Virus record (IMG/VR): IMGVR_UViG_3300025671_008697
Length of the DNA: 64,000 nt
Strand: one strand, 5' to 3'
DNA from: a virus
Lineage: Duplodnaviria > Caudoviricetes
A program made the translations under genes and the position numbers. This document shows positions 17,856 through 28,462 of this stretch, piece by piece; positions within the stretch are counted from its first letter, which is position 1; every line of letters begins with the position of its first letter. The notes under the pieces are model-generated. The model was not told where the DNA came from. It saw nothing but the letters and a program-made list of their open reading frames with translations, and made no database searches.

Positions 17856-18703
17856 GCGATTATCAAGTTTACAATCAAGACTGCGTGTCGGGCATGCAAC
17901 AACATGTCCAAGACGATAGTGTGGATTTAATATTCACAGACCCACCGTATGGGATTGACGGTGACGGCCTGGACGTACATTATCACAGAGACGAAAGTAA
18001 TGTAGTTCCAGGATACATTGATGTTCCATTGAGCCAATACGCTAAGTTTAGCCAGGATTGGATTCAAGAATGTGCTAGAGTCTTGAGACCAGGTGGCAGT
18101 TTGTACATTGTGTCTGGCTATACCAATCTGCATCACGTATTAAACGCATTGCATACAACAGATCTCCAAGAAATTAACCACATCATTGCCAAATACAGTT
18201 TTGGTGTTAGTACCAAAAACAAGTTTGTGAGCAGTCATTATCATGTACTATTTTGGTCCAAACCAGAAAAAGGTAAGAATAAACGTACATTCAATTCGAA
18301 TTGGAAATATACTGACCAAAAAGACAGTTATCATGATAGACTAACTGTACAGGATATGCCCAGGGACTATAAACCTGGACAAGTCAAAAATAAAAATCAA
18401 CTCAGTGAAGATTTTATCAAAAAGTTTATTTTGTATTCTAGCAATCGTGGTGATACTGTTCTTGACTGCTTTGGTGGCGGACTGACCACTGCTAGAACTG
18501 CTTTGAGGTTTGGTAGAAAGTTTATTGGGTTTGAATTGAACAAAAATGCCTATGACGCATTTGTACCCACGCTGGACCAAGTTGAGCCAGAATCAGATCC
18601 TGTGCCTATTAGTCCAGACCCTACCGAATTGGCTAAACGGGAAAAGATGCGTGAAGGTTGGCGTCGAACTAGGCAGGAACGCAAGCAACAATCTGTTGTA
18701 TAA
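17852..18703 (+). CDS. N4-C/N6-A DNA methyltransferase, class beta
   Basis: IFTDPPY before VLDCFGGGLTT (motif IV before motif I), FIGFELN. Confidence 0.9.
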   Translation: MSDYQVYNQDCVSGMQQHVQDDSVDLIFTDPPYGIDGDGLDVHYHRDESNVVPGYIDVPLSQYAKFSQDWIQECARVLRPGGSLYIVSGYTNLHHVLNALHTTDLQEINHIIAKYSFGVSTKNKFVSSHYHVLFWSKPEKGKNKRTFNSNWKYTDQKDSYHDRLTVQDMPRDYKPGQVKNKNQLSEDFIKKFILYSSNRGDTVLDCFGGGLTTARTALRFGRKFIGFELNKNAYDAFVPTLDQVEPESDPVPISPDPTELAKREKMREGWRRTRQERKQQSVV

Positions 18704-18718
18704 AAACAACACTTTTGG

Positions 18719-18764
18719 TAGTACTAAAGTAGTACTTGACTGAAATTCACCATTTTGCTATAAT
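18719..18764 (+). promoter_or_regulatory. Box-containing sigma70 promoter
   Basis: TAGTACTAAAGTAGTA-C-TTGACT-17-TATAAT; same AGGAGTTTGAAATG RBS as cassettes 1 and 2. Confidence 0.85.
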
Positions 18765-18796
18765 TATGGCATAGGGTAACAAAACAGGAGTTTGAA

Positions 18797-19033
18797 ATGA
18801 GTGTGAAATCCATTGTTCGTAAAGTTTTAGATTTTATCGCAACCAACGACGCAGATATGTCTGACACTAAAAATCAATACTGGAAAAACAAGATTGCAAA
18901 CTATGCTCGTAGAGTTCGTGCTAACGACATCAACGGTGTCGTTGCAGAATGGAACACTATGAGCAAAAAAGACTATCAAGAAATGTGTGTGTGGGTTGTG
19001 CGTAATCGTGCAATTTGGAATCAAGCAGTTTAA
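18797..19033 (+). CDS. Hypothetical protein
   Basis: ORF behind box promoter and SD. Confidence 0.7.
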   Translation: MSVKSIVRKVLDFIATNDADMSDTKNQYWKNKIANYARRVRANDINGVVAEWNTMSKKDYQEMCVWVVRNRAIWNQAV

Positions 19034-19042
19034 GGAGTGGCA

Positions 19043-19210
19043 ATGATACCAATTACAGTTTTTTTGTTTTTTGTGGTGTTTTTTCTGGCTTGGTCAGCAT
19101 ACTATATGTTCCAAGCACTTGACCTAATCCATGAGTGCCGAATCGATGTTGCTGTCATGCAGGAGCAAATGCAACAGGCACGTCAAATCGCAGGAGAATA
19201 TCGTGTTTAA
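19043..19210 (+). CDS. Small membrane protein (55 aa)
   Basis: Hand translation; AAGGAG SD; N-terminal TM helix. Confidence 0.55.
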   Translation: MIPITVFLFFVVFFLAWSAYYMFQALDLIHECRIDVAVMQEQMQQARQIAGEYRV

Positions 19211-19331
19211 ATTTGTCACAGGATTTGTTTTAGGTGTTGTGGTTGCCAGTGTGGGATTCGGTGGTATTAGCCGCATCTTGGATAAAGGTGTTTCCGAAAT
19301 TCAAACCCAAAGCAAGGAATTGGCCAAATAA
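19203..19331 (+). CDS. Small membrane peptide
   Basis: GTG start, AGGAG SD, hydrophobic helix. Confidence 0.5.
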   Translation: MFKFVTGFVLGVVVASVGFGGISRILDKGVSEIQTQSKELAK

Positions 19332-19444
19332 TTTTGGCAAAACTAATTCAAAATATGGTTGACATTAATTCCAATATCAACTATAATTTGAATATGTTAG
19401 CACATGACGCTAACATGATTTTCAACTAACTTGGAGTGTTTTCT

Positions 19445-19762
19445 ATGTCTACTAAACTGTTTTCTGTTGCTGGTGTTTCTACCCAAAAGGGCGAAGTCAA
19501 AGTTCGTTTTGCCAACGACATGACTCGTGTTAAAGTGTTGGCCAAGTCCGGTCACACCGACATTGAGTTGATGGAGTTGCCCAAGGCTATGGACAAGCCC
19601 TCAATTGTGTCTTTCTTGAAGACTACGGAGTTGTATCAGACTCCCGCATATCAGGCTGCTATCGATGCGGCTGACACTAAGTACAACGGTAGTAACACCG
19701 TTAAGGTCTCGGGCGCCAAGGTGCGTTCCTCGCAGGCAGAAGCAGTTGCCGAAACGGCCTAA
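19445..19762 (+). CDS. Hypothetical phage protein
   Basis: TTGACA-17-TATAAT promoter upstream (about 19359), GGAG SD, downstream terminator. Confidence 0.7.
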   Translation: MSTKLFSVAGVSTQKGEVKVRFANDMTRVKVLAKSGHTDIELMELPKAMDKPSIVSFLKTTELYQTPAYQAAIDAADTKYNGSNTVKVSGAKVRSSQAEAVAETA

Positions 19763-19777
19763 GTAATAACTGCGTAT

Positions 19778-19808
19778 AAAACGGCGTTTTACATGGCGCC
19801 GTTTTTTT
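19778..19808 (+). terminator. Rho-independent terminator
   Basis: AAAACGGCG...CGCCGTTTTTTT. Confidence 0.75.
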
Positions 19809-19971
19809 GTGGATATAAATACCTTATATCGCAAGTGTGCGGATTTGGTAACGATGGTGGCTTTGAGTGTTGCACAACAATATTTCATAGTTGGTTTGGC
19901 TGTAGGCCTGGGCCTTGGCTTTGGTATCAGTCTTTGCATTGCGGTAATTAGATGGATGTCGAGGTAACTAT

Positions 19972-20184
19972 ATGGCAGAAACTATCAATCAAACAATGGC
20001 TCGCATTAAGAGCCTACAAGAATTCGAAGTGCAAGTAACTGTACCTGCCGATTTCAAATTTACTGGCCATGTGCCCTATGACATGAACATAGTCAGCGAC
20101 CAAGCATTCGTAACTGTGGTAGCAGAAAGTTTTGAACAGGCACTCAAAAGAGCACATGACTTTTTTGGTATCGAAAATGGTTGA
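19972..20184 (+). CDS. Hypothetical protein
   Basis: ORF track; GAGG SD. Confidence 0.6.
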   Translation: MAETINQTMARIKSLQEFEVQVTVPADFKFTGHVPYDMNIVSDQAFVTVVAESFEQALKRAHDFFGIENG

Positions 20185-20335
20185 AACCGTATTGACACTA
20201 ACTGTGATAGCCACTATAATATGGCTATGGGACTTTAATAAAAAGGTTGGATTTCACAATCTTTGGCATGATCCCCGAATAGGCAAAAGCACTTTTAGTA
20301 AATACGATACGGAGGAAGATGACGATGACCGTTGA
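20177..20335 (+). CDS. Small membrane protein
   Basis: N-terminal TM helix, acidic tail. Confidence 0.45.
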   Translation: MVETVLTLTVIATIIWLWDFNKKVGFHNLWHDPRIGKSTFSKYDTEEDDDDR

Positions 20336-20371
20336 AGAATATTGGAAGTGGATTCATAGTAACGTCCAATA

Positions 20372-21181
<810 letters not shown>

Positions 21182-21248
21182 GCACATGGTCTACTGGTGA
21201 ATGAGATAATAATGCTCATAATAAAAGTCCAAACTGTGTGTTTATGAT

Positions 21249-21428
21249 GGGGGTGTACAGGTTTCGACAGGGCACGGAGTAACAGAGTGGACAGCAGGGC
21301 AATGCGAAAGCCCAAGGGTTAGGACTACCTGGCCGAAGAAGCAAAAAACTATAAATGCCAATGATGAGGTATTTGCTCTAGCCGCTTGAGGCTAAGCCGG
21401 GGTTGGTAACCTTGTAACCCAATAACCA
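21249..21428 (+). ncRNA. ssrA: Two-piece tmRNA, coding piece with tag ANDEVFALAA (3' end approximate)
   Basis: 5' GGGGGTG pairs with CACCTCC including G3:U70; GTTTCGAC; CAGGGCAC pairs with GTGTTCTG; tag ORF 21357-21389. Confidence 0.92.
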
Positions 21429-21452
21429 AAAAGGCTCTCCGGAGCCTTTTTT
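21428..21452 (+). terminator. Rho-independent terminator after tmRNA
   Basis: AAAAAGGCTC-TCCG-GAGCCTTTTTT. Confidence 0.85.
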
Positions 21453-21476
21453 CATTTATAAATATAAGTCCAGGCT
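21441..21476 (+). repeat. 36-bp direct repeat containing TATAAATA, copy 1
   Basis: GGAGCCTTTTTTCATTTATAAATATAAGTCCAGGCT; one mismatch versus 21736-21771. Confidence 0.9.
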
Positions 21477-21490
21477 GATAATTTTTAACC

Positions 21491-21715
21491 ATGGAAAAAA
21501 TAAAAGCTCATCTTAAAGCTGCTAATAAATCTTACTTTTCACACACAAAATTTGCCATTGTAGCAGGTTTTGATTTGATACTCACTGGAATTATTAGCAT
21601 AATACATGGAATTATTCCTACACTGTTTCCTTTTTACGCAGAAAAAAAGATCAATAAGTATTATGAAAAGATTTTAGAATTAAAACGAAATAGAACAAAT
21701 ATTAACAAAACCTAA
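21491..21715 (+). CDS. Small membrane protein, DUF6356-like
   Basis: HLKAANKSYFSH...IIHGIIP pattern. Confidence 0.65.
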   Translation: MEKIKAHLKAANKSYFSHTKFAIVAGFDLILTGIISIIHGIIPTLFPFYAEKKINKYYEKILELKRNRTNINKT

Positions 21716-21735
21716 TAGTCTAAATTAGATTATTA

Positions 21736-21771
21736 GGAGCCTTTTTTCATTTATAAATATCAGTCCAGGCT
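21736..21771 (+). repeat. 36-bp direct repeat containing TATAAATA, copy 2
   Basis: GGAGCCTTTTTTCATTTATAAATATCAGTCCAGGCT. Confidence 0.9.
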
Positions 21772-21799
21772 CACAATTTTTTTAATCAAGGCACACATT

Positions 21800-23473
21800 A
21801 TGGATGGACGATATCAAGAAGTAGAAAATCTTATCAAAAAATTTACTAGGCAAATACCAGACACACCAGAATACAATCAAAGACTAGAACAAGAATTAGA
21901 AATAATCGCCAAACTTGGATTTGCCAAACACTTTTTACGTGTTAGAGAAATCCTAGATCTCACACAAGACATTCCACATATTACCAGAGGCTCAGCAGGC
22001 AGCAGTCTTATCTGTTACTTAATGGCTATATCAGATGTGGATCCTGTCAAGGAACGCATACCCCTATCACGTTTTATGAATCCCAGGCGTGATGACTTAC
22101 CAGACATCGACTTAGACTTTCCGCACTGGCAACAGGAAACTGTGATGAACAGAATCTTTAGACGTTGGCCTGGCCAGAGTGCCAGAGTGTCTAACTATGT
22201 TACTTACAAGGAAAAGTCTGCACTGCGTGAAGCTGCCAAACGCTATGGTGCCAAAGGCAAACTAAAACGCAACTTTAAGTTAGAAGACGTGGTACCAGAA
22301 TATGCAGAAGATGCCAAAAGGTTGGCCAACAAACTGCTAGGCAAGAAACGTTGCATCAGCAAACATTGTGGTGGTATTTTAATATTTGACAGAGCAGTGC
22401 CCAAAAGTCTAATCAACGCAGAAAATCAAATCTTGTTAGACAAGTATGAAATCGAAGACTTAGAACATTTTAAGATAGACATCTTGGCTAACCGCGGACT
22501 GAGCCAACTGTGGGAAATAGAGGAACGGGACTTAATGGACTATCCCGAAGAGGATGCAGAGACCAGTGAACTGCTATGCAGAGGGGAAATACTGGGAGTC
22601 ACTCAGGCGGAGTCGCCTGCTATGCGTAGACTGTTTCGTGCCATACAGCCCAAGTCACGTTCGGACTGTGTGTTGGCCACTGCACTGATCAGACCTGTGG
22701 CCACACAGGGCAGACGCAAAGCCAGTTTCTTTCAGGACTGGAGTAAAGACAACTTTGAAGGCACCATAGTATTTGAGGACGATGCCATAGAACTGATAGG
22801 TGAGATCCTAGGCTGTGACCAATATACCGCAGACATGTGGCGTAGAGCGTTCGCCAAAAAAGACGAAGAAAAAATGTTTGAGTTCATGCAGTTGGTTGGT
22901 GATCATCCCAGGCGTGACGACGTGTTCTTGGCCCTTAAAGAACTTAGCCACTTTGGTTTGTGTAGAGCACACGCCATAAATCTGGGTAGACTGATATGGG
23001 CTCTGGCCTATCAAAAAGTACACAACCCTAAGGGGTTTTGGCAAGCCGCACTCAAGCACTGCCAGGGATCGTATGCACGTTGGGTCTACTGGCAGGAAGC
23101 CAAACTGGCAGGTGCAGTGCCCGCTGTCATGGAAGGTGGTGAAGTGGACGACTTAATGCACTCGGGTTGTTGGCGTAGCAGTCGTTTTATTCCTGTCTGT
23201 AAAGAAATACGTAGACCCGGACAGATTGAATTTTGTGGATTGGTGGCAAACTATCGTGTGTTCAAAAGTGGGCCCAAAGAATACATTACGTTTGCTACAT
23301 TGGGTACAGGTAACGGCAAGTACTTAGACGTAGTACTGCCACATGCTACCAGTTTTCACGAACAGCCAATTGTGTGGGGTTTGGGCAAATTAGGCTACAA
23401 AAACAACACAGAATATGTTACAGTATACAAGCACAAAAAATTTCAACTTAGCGAAGTGAAGCACGTAAAATGA
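21800..23473 (+). CDS. dnaE: Compact DNA polymerase III alpha-like (family C, DnaE) protein lacking the PHP domain
   Basis: RGSAGSSL, PDIDLDF, KHCGG, KIDIL, GVTQAES, FCRAHA-like (LCRAHA), C-terminal OB-like strands. Confidence 0.88.
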   Translation: MDGRYQEVENLIKKFTRQIPDTPEYNQRLEQELEIIAKLGFAKHFLRVREILDLTQDIPHITRGSAGSSLICYLMAISDVDPVKERIPLSRFMNPRRDDLPDIDLDFPHWQQETVMNRIFRRWPGQSARVSNYVTYKEKSALREAAKRYGAKGKLKRNFKLEDVVPEYAEDAKRLANKLLGKKRCISKHCGGILIFDRAVPKSLINAENQILLDKYEIEDLEHFKIDILANRGLSQLWEIEERDLMDYPEEDAETSELLCRGEILGVTQAESPAMRRLFRAIQPKSRSDCVLATALIRPVATQGRRKASFFQDWSKDNFEGTIVFEDDAIELIGEILGCDQYTADMWRRAFAKKDEEKMFEFMQLVGDHPRRDDVFLALKELSHFGLCRAHAINLGRLIWALAYQKVHNPKGFWQAALKHCQGSYARWVYWQEAKLAGAVPAVMEGGEVDDLMHSGCWRSSRFIPVCKEIRRPGQIEFCGLVANYRVFKSGPKEYITFATLGTGNGKYLDVVLPHATSFHEQPIVWGLGKLGYKNNTEYVTVYKHKKFQLSEVKHVK

Positions 23474-23781
23474 ATGTAAAATCAAGACTGCATATCTATC
23501 CCTGCTCGGGACCAAAGACAGATGCTTATATTGTGGGCGAACCCCGAGCACTTAAACATTTGGCTGCACAGTTAAATCGAGCCGCAGACAGTGTGCTGGG
23601 TTTGGAAACTGTGGACATGTATAGCAGTGACGGACATGAGTACACCGTGGTAATTGCCAGCGATGTTGAAGAGGAAGAGTGGCAGGCAGTGCCTGCGCCC
23701 TATGAGCGTGGTAGCACACCTACTACCATAAAAGTTATACAAAACTATAACGAAATAAAACAAATATTGACAAAAACGTAG
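23470..23781 (+). CDS. Hypothetical protein translationally coupled to mini-DnaE
   Basis: ATGA overlap. Confidence 0.6.
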   Translation: MNVKSRLHIYPCSGPKTDAYIVGEPRALKHLAAQLNRAADSVLGLETVDMYSSDGHEYTVVIASDVEEEEWQAVPAPYERGSTPTTIKVIQNYNEIKQILTKT

Positions 23782-23845
23782 ACAGAACGTACAATACTAA
23801 ATACTCAGTAGAAACACTGATTTATCAACAAGGAGAAAATTGAAA

Positions 23846-24283
23846 ATGGCACAATCCGTAAAAGGAACTAAAACAGAACAGAGTCTTAAAGAAGCATTTG
23901 CTGGTGAAAGTCAGGCAAACCGTCGTTACCTCTACTTTGCAAACATGGCAGACGTAGCAGGTGAAAACGATTTGGCTGCACTATTCCGCAGTACTGCTGA
24001 AGGTGAAACTGGACACGCACACGGTCACATGGAATATTTGATTGATGGTGGTGCTGGTGATCCCGCAACTGGCATGCCTGCCAAGAACGTTAAGGAAGCA
24101 CTGGAAAGTGCTATTCATGGCGAAACACATGAGTACACTGACATGTATCCAGGTATGGCAAAAACTGCTCGTGACGAAGGCTTTGATGAGATTGCTGATT
24201 GGTTTGAAACACTGGCCAAGGCTGAACGTAGCCACGCTGGCAGATTCCAAAAAGCACTAGCAGCACACGAAGCAGGAGAGTAA
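23846..24283 (+). CDS. Rubrerythrin (short, without rubredoxin domain)
   Basis: [45 protein letters not shown]; TTGACA-17-TACAAT promoter upstream. Confidence 0.92.
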   Translation: MAQSVKGTKTEQSLKEAFAGESQANRRYLYFANMADVAGENDLAALFRSTAEGETGHAHGHMEYLIDGGAGDPATGMPAKNVKEALESAIHGETHEYTDMYPGMAKTARDEGFDEIADWFETLAKAERSHAGRFQKALAAHEAGE

Positions 24284-24290
24284 GTGAACT

Positions 24291-24596
24291 GTGCGGATTA
24301 TTGACTGGCAAGAGTGGTTAGATTCGCACATTCCCTACTATGAGAAACAACGGCAGGAGGCAAGGTATTTAGACAACCCTCCTGCAGTTGTACTACAACT
24401 CAGTGTTGTAGATAGATACGACAAACATCGATCCAGAAACACAATTTGGTTTAACTGGGACACTGCCAACAATGAAATACAGGATCTTGGCTATCAAAAC
24501 AGTCCTATATTCTTAGACACAGACACACACCAACAATGGTTTTGGGCATTCTGGGACAGAGACGAAGCACTGTTAGCTTTGCTCAAATTACAGTAG
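24291..24596 (+). CDS. Hypothetical protein (possible member of the small paralog family)
   Basis: C-terminal [16 protein letters not shown]. Confidence 0.6.
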   Translation: MRIIDWQEWLDSHIPYYEKQRQEARYLDNPPAVVLQLSVVDRYDKHRSRNTIWFNWDTANNEIQDLGYQNSPIFLDTDTHQQWFWAFWDRDEALLALLKLQ

Positions 24597-24639
24597 TACT
24601 AAAGTAGTACTTGCTCAAAAAGACTCCCGATGTTATAAT
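24594..24639 (+). promoter_or_regulatory. Box-containing sigma70 promoter
   Basis: TAGTACTAAAGTAGTA-C-TTGCTC-17-TATAAT. Confidence 0.85.
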
Positions 24640-24660
24640 AATAGCATAGAAAGGGTCGAT

Positions 24661-25011
24661 ATGAAATTCTTTGAAGAAACTACCAAATGGGCAGACAGCA
24701 CACCTAACCATACGTACCTGCTAAGTGATGACAAAAGCAAAATGTACGCCTACGTTCCTGTAGGAAAAAAGTCTGTGGTAACTTTCAGTAAGCCAATTCG
24801 TATCAGTGCTTCAGGAAGAAAGTTTCGTGTGGTAGCAAACAAATGGCAGTATCGTATTCCCGAAGAAGAGCAGTCCTCAAACCCAAAATGGGAAGTTCGG
24901 GGAAGTAAGGGTGATGTTTATGTGGTGGAAAAAACCGAGACTGGTCTAACTTGTACTTGCACGGGATTCCGTTTCAGAGCAAAGTGTAAGCATTTAACTT
25001 TTTGTAAATAA
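24661..25011 (+). CDS. SWIM zinc-finger protein
   Basis: GSKGDVYVV...CTCTGFRFRAKCKH. Confidence 0.8.
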   Translation: MKFFEETTKWADSTPNHTYLLSDDKSKMYAYVPVGKKSVVTFSKPIRISASGRKFRVVANKWQYRIPEEEQSSNPKWEVRGSKGDVYVVEKTETGLTCTCTGFRFRAKCKHLTFCK

Positions 25012-25015
25012 ATTT

Positions 25016-25570
25016 ATGACTTACAAACCAAACATTGTAAATTATACTGACGCTGATTTTGACAACTGGTTATCCAAATTAGATAAGACAATTTTTGATT
25101 TGTATCCAGAATATGCAATGTTTACTGTTAGTGAAGCATATATTGAATCTCTGGCTGATTATATAAGAAATCCTTTAAAAGGATTTATTGATGAAATAGA
25201 AGGAGAATATATCTTCGAATCCAAAGATTCTTATGATAATTTAATGAACAGTAGATTTGAATTTCAGTACTCGAAAGGACAGGGAACGATAGACGTAGAT
25301 TATTCTGACACTGTTCGTGGCGAAAACACAGATTTCACCAATCAATGTAAACCTGGATCGTTAATAGGGTTTAGAGATGAGAATATCTTTGGTATAGTGG
25401 ACTCAATTGATAGTGAAAACACTTTAAAATTAAAATATTTTGCATCAAGAACGTCGTTATTCGGCAAGTCTGTTCCAATCCAGAAAAAACAAAAATATTG
25501 TATAGTAAAAGAAGTTCAATTACATCAATATATAAGCATTGCATACGATTTAAATTTACAAATGCGTTGA
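25016..25570 (+). CDS. Hypothetical protein (AT-rich)
   Basis: ORF track. Confidence 0.55.
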   Translation: MTYKPNIVNYTDADFDNWLSKLDKTIFDLYPEYAMFTVSEAYIESLADYIRNPLKGFIDEIEGEYIFESKDSYDNLMNSRFEFQYSKGQGTIDVDYSDTVRGENTDFTNQCKPGSLIGFRDENIFGIVDSIDSENTLKLKYFASRTSLFGKSVPIQKKQKYCIVKEVQLHQYISIAYDLNLQMR

Positions 25571-25628
25571 CAATAAATCCCAAATAAGTTATAATACTTG
25601 TATCGTAAACAATTTCGGAGCGTCCAAA

Positions 25629-26945
25629 ATGGATCAGCCCTGGCAAGTCATTAGTGCGTTAGAAGAGCATAACCTGCGTACCAACAAAGAGCAAATCATT
25701 GAAGCGCAGGCCCAAGCAAATAATTTGGAGTTTTTTGAAGGTTGCAGGCTTGCCTTGGACTCAATGATTACTTTTGGATTAAAACAGATTCCAGAAAAAA
25801 CAGATCAGGATGGTCCTGGTCTGCCTTGGGAGGCCTTTACACTGGCTATCACAGGTTTTGTAAATCGGGAAGTTACAGGCAATATGGCACGAGACATGGT
25901 TAACCAAATGATGTCTCGTGCTGGGAAAGAAGAGTGGAACCGTTGGTATCGTAGGATACTGATCAAGGACTTACGCTGTGGCGTAAGCGAAAAAACTATT
26001 AACAAGATTGGAAAGAAATATGGCTCAAATTATATTATCCCTGTTTTTGATTGTCAACTTGCTCATGATAGTGCTAATCACGAGTCCAAGGTACAAGGAA
26101 CTAAGAGGATCGAAGTTAAATTGGACGGCGTTAGAGTTCTTACTGTTGTTTATCCATCTGGTAGGGTGGATCAGTTTAGCCGTAATGGTAAGGAGTTAGC
26201 CAACTTCGAACACATCAAAGCAGAGTTGGCAGTAAACGCCGCCACGTTTTCAGAGCCAATGGTGCTGGATGGCGAAGTAATGAGTTCAAGTTTTCAAGAC
26301 TTGATGCGGCAAGTGCATCGCAAGGAAAATGTCAAGGCCAATGACGCCGTGCTTTATCTTTTTGATGCACTGCCACTCAGTGATTTTGAACAGGGCCGTT
26401 GCGCTGTCACACAGAAAGACCGCAGTGCATGGCTGAACGATTGGTATGACAACAAATTGAATAAAAGCATGAGTCATGTACAATGTTTGGACCATGCGGT
26501 GGTAGACTTAAATACTGACGAAGGGCAACAGCTCTTCTCAATGTACAACAAGTCAGCAATCGAAAATGGCTACGAAGGTATCATGATTAAGGACTTGGAT
26601 GCGGCTTATGAATGTAAACGCAGTCATGCTTGGCTCAAGATGAAACCTTTCATCGAAGTCAGTTTGGAGGTTCGAGAAATTGAAGAAGGTACTGGTCGAA
26701 ATCAAGGGCGCCTTGGAGCGTTTGTCTGCGAAGGAGTCGACGACGGCAGACATATTCGTGTTAATGTGGGCAGTGGCTTCACTGATAGCAATCGTGATGA
26801 TTTTTGGAGTCAGCGCAGTGACATTATCGGCAGTATTGTAGAAGTACGTGCAGATGCAGTCACACAGAATCAAGATGGTTCTTACAGTCTGCGCTTTCCC
26901 CGTTTTAAAACTTTTCGTGGCTTTCAACAAGGAGAAAAACTATGA
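25629..26945 (+). CDS. ATP-dependent DNA ligase
   Basis: EVKLDGVR (adenylated Lys), LDGEV, YEGIMIK, WLKMKP, SLRFPRF. Confidence 0.95.
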   Translation: MDQPWQVISALEEHNLRTNKEQIIEAQAQANNLEFFEGCRLALDSMITFGLKQIPEKTDQDGPGLPWEAFTLAITGFVNREVTGNMARDMVNQMMSRAGKEEWNRWYRRILIKDLRCGVSEKTINKIGKKYGSNYIIPVFDCQLAHDSANHESKVQGTKRIEVKLDGVRVLTVVYPSGRVDQFSRNGKELANFEHIKAELAVNAATFSEPMVLDGEVMSSSFQDLMRQVHRKENVKANDAVLYLFDALPLSDFEQGRCAVTQKDRSAWLNDWYDNKLNKSMSHVQCLDHAVVDLNTDEGQQLFSMYNKSAIENGYEGIMIKDLDAAYECKRSHAWLKMKPFIEVSLEVREIEEGTGRNQGRLGAFVCEGVDDGRHIRVNVGSGFTDSNRDDFWSQRSDIIGSIVEVRADAVTQNQDGSYSLRFPRFKTFRGFQQGEKL

Positions 26946-27000
26946 TTGCAGCTATTTGGCTTGTGGCAATGGTAATTTATTGGACATAAAGGAAACTAAA

Positions 27001-27465
27001 ATGAAAAAATTAACGGCTTTATTATTAACAGTGACTCTGCCACTTGTGGCTTTTGGTTATGCGGAATGCGACCCAGATGCCAACATAACCACTATCAATG
27101 GTGTGGGCTTGCCAGGTCGGATGGCTACCTTGACCAACGAACATGTCATGTTTGATGGTATTATTGACGGTGGAAAAAGAATGACCATTACTCGTGCAGT
27201 TCGTAAGGCAGGTACGAGGGTTGGCATTCACATTCACAAGTGGGGTGGCACTACCTGTGTTATCGAAGGTGCAATGACTGACTTTGTGGAAGGTCAGGCT
27301 CCCGCATATTATCCAGCTGGTACTTGCTACTACATGCCACCAAATACTTATATGGCTACCAGCAATATGGGCAGTGTAGATGCAGTGATCCAAGATCAAT
27401 TTATTGTGCCAGATGGACAGCCTTCAATCACTATCGTGGAGCCAGGATACCCTGCCTGCAAATAA
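27001..27465 (+). CDS. Secreted cupin-domain protein
   Basis: Signal peptide; IHIHKWGGTTCVIEG and CYYMPPNT cupin motifs. Confidence 0.7.
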   Translation: MKKLTALLLTVTLPLVAFGYAECDPDANITTINGVGLPGRMATLTNEHVMFDGIIDGGKRMTITRAVRKAGTRVGIHIHKWGGTTCVIEGAMTDFVEGQAPAYYPAGTCYYMPPNTYMATSNMGSVDAVIQDQFIVPDGQPSITIVEPGYPACK

Positions 27466-28017
27466 ATGAAAGATATTTGGGTAATCAGCGACACGCATTT
27501 TCATCATGCCAACATCTTACGGTTCAAAGATGCGGAAGGCAACCTTATCCGCGGCAGTCGTTTTTCGACTGTGGAAGAAATGGATGAGTGCATGTTGGAA
27601 AACTGGAACAGTGTAGTAAAGCCTGGGGATAAAGTTTACCACTTGGGTGATGTGCAAATGGGCACACACGAACAGTTTCGAAAGTTTTGGCCCAGACTAA
27701 ATGGTAAGAAAAATCTTATCGTTGGTAATCACGATGACATCAAGTACTTGGCACAAAATGGTTTTTTTGCTAAAATATATATGTGGCGTATGTTTCCCGA
27801 GTTTGGTTTACTGTTAAGTCATGTGCCCATACACGAAACCAGTGCTCGTAGATATCCGCCCAAAGACTATCCTGAAAGTGTAAAAGAAGTAGTTCAATTG
27901 TTAAACGTACATGGACATATTCACCAGAATGCCAGTCCCACACCACACCATCGTTGTGTCTGCGTTGAGCATATTGATTACACACCCATTAACATTGAAG
28001 AACTGAGAATACGATGA
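27466..28017 (+). CDS. Calcineurin-like metallophosphoesterase
   Basis: SDTHFHH, HLGD, GNHD, SHVP, HGHIH. Confidence 0.9.
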   Translation: MKDIWVISDTHFHHANILRFKDAEGNLIRGSRFSTVEEMDECMLENWNSVVKPGDKVYHLGDVQMGTHEQFRKFWPRLNGKKNLIVGNHDDIKYLAQNGFFAKIYMWRMFPEFGLLLSHVPIHETSARRYPPKDYPESVKEVVQLLNVHGHIHQNASPTPHHRCVCVEHIDYTPINIEELRIR

Positions 28018-28268
28018 ACGAACGAATTCGAGAACTTGCCAAACAAGCTGGTTATCAGGAAGATATGTTTGGTGTAGGACACTGGGATATACCTGAATGT
28101 AAAAAGTTCGCCGAGTTGATTGTTCGGGAATGTGTTCAGACATTGCTTGATAATTCACCTGAACTGTTTACCAACGAAGCGGCCGAAGAAGATTGGGACA
28201 AAGGATATGATCGAGCAATGCGAGATTGTGTACATCATATCAAAGAACATTTCGGAGTTGAAGAATGA
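28014..28268 (+). CDS. Hypothetical phage protein
   Basis: MNERIRELAKQAG...KFAELIVREC...IKEHFGVEE. Confidence 0.7.
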   Translation: MNERIRELAKQAGYQEDMFGVGHWDIPECKKFAELIVRECVQTLLDNSPELFTNEAAEEDWDKGYDRAMRDCVHHIKEHFGVEE

Positions 28269-28462
28269 TGGAACAGTACGAACGTAAAGCAAGATTTACA
28301 GAACTCAAACCCTATGACATCCTCGCCAAAGAGCATGACTTTATGGAAGTATGTGAGTGGAATAATGGTGAGGGTTTTGATGTTACAAAAAACGAACAGC
28401 AGTTCTCACTTACTTGGGGACAATGGGAATGTTTGCAAGCACTGGTTGCTTTTAAAGGTTGA
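28265..28462 (+). CDS. Hypothetical protein
   Basis: ORF track, overlap coupling. Confidence 0.6.
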   Translation: MMEQYERKARFTELKPYDILAKEHDFMEVCEWNNGEGFDVTKNEQQFSLTWGQWECLQALVAFKG

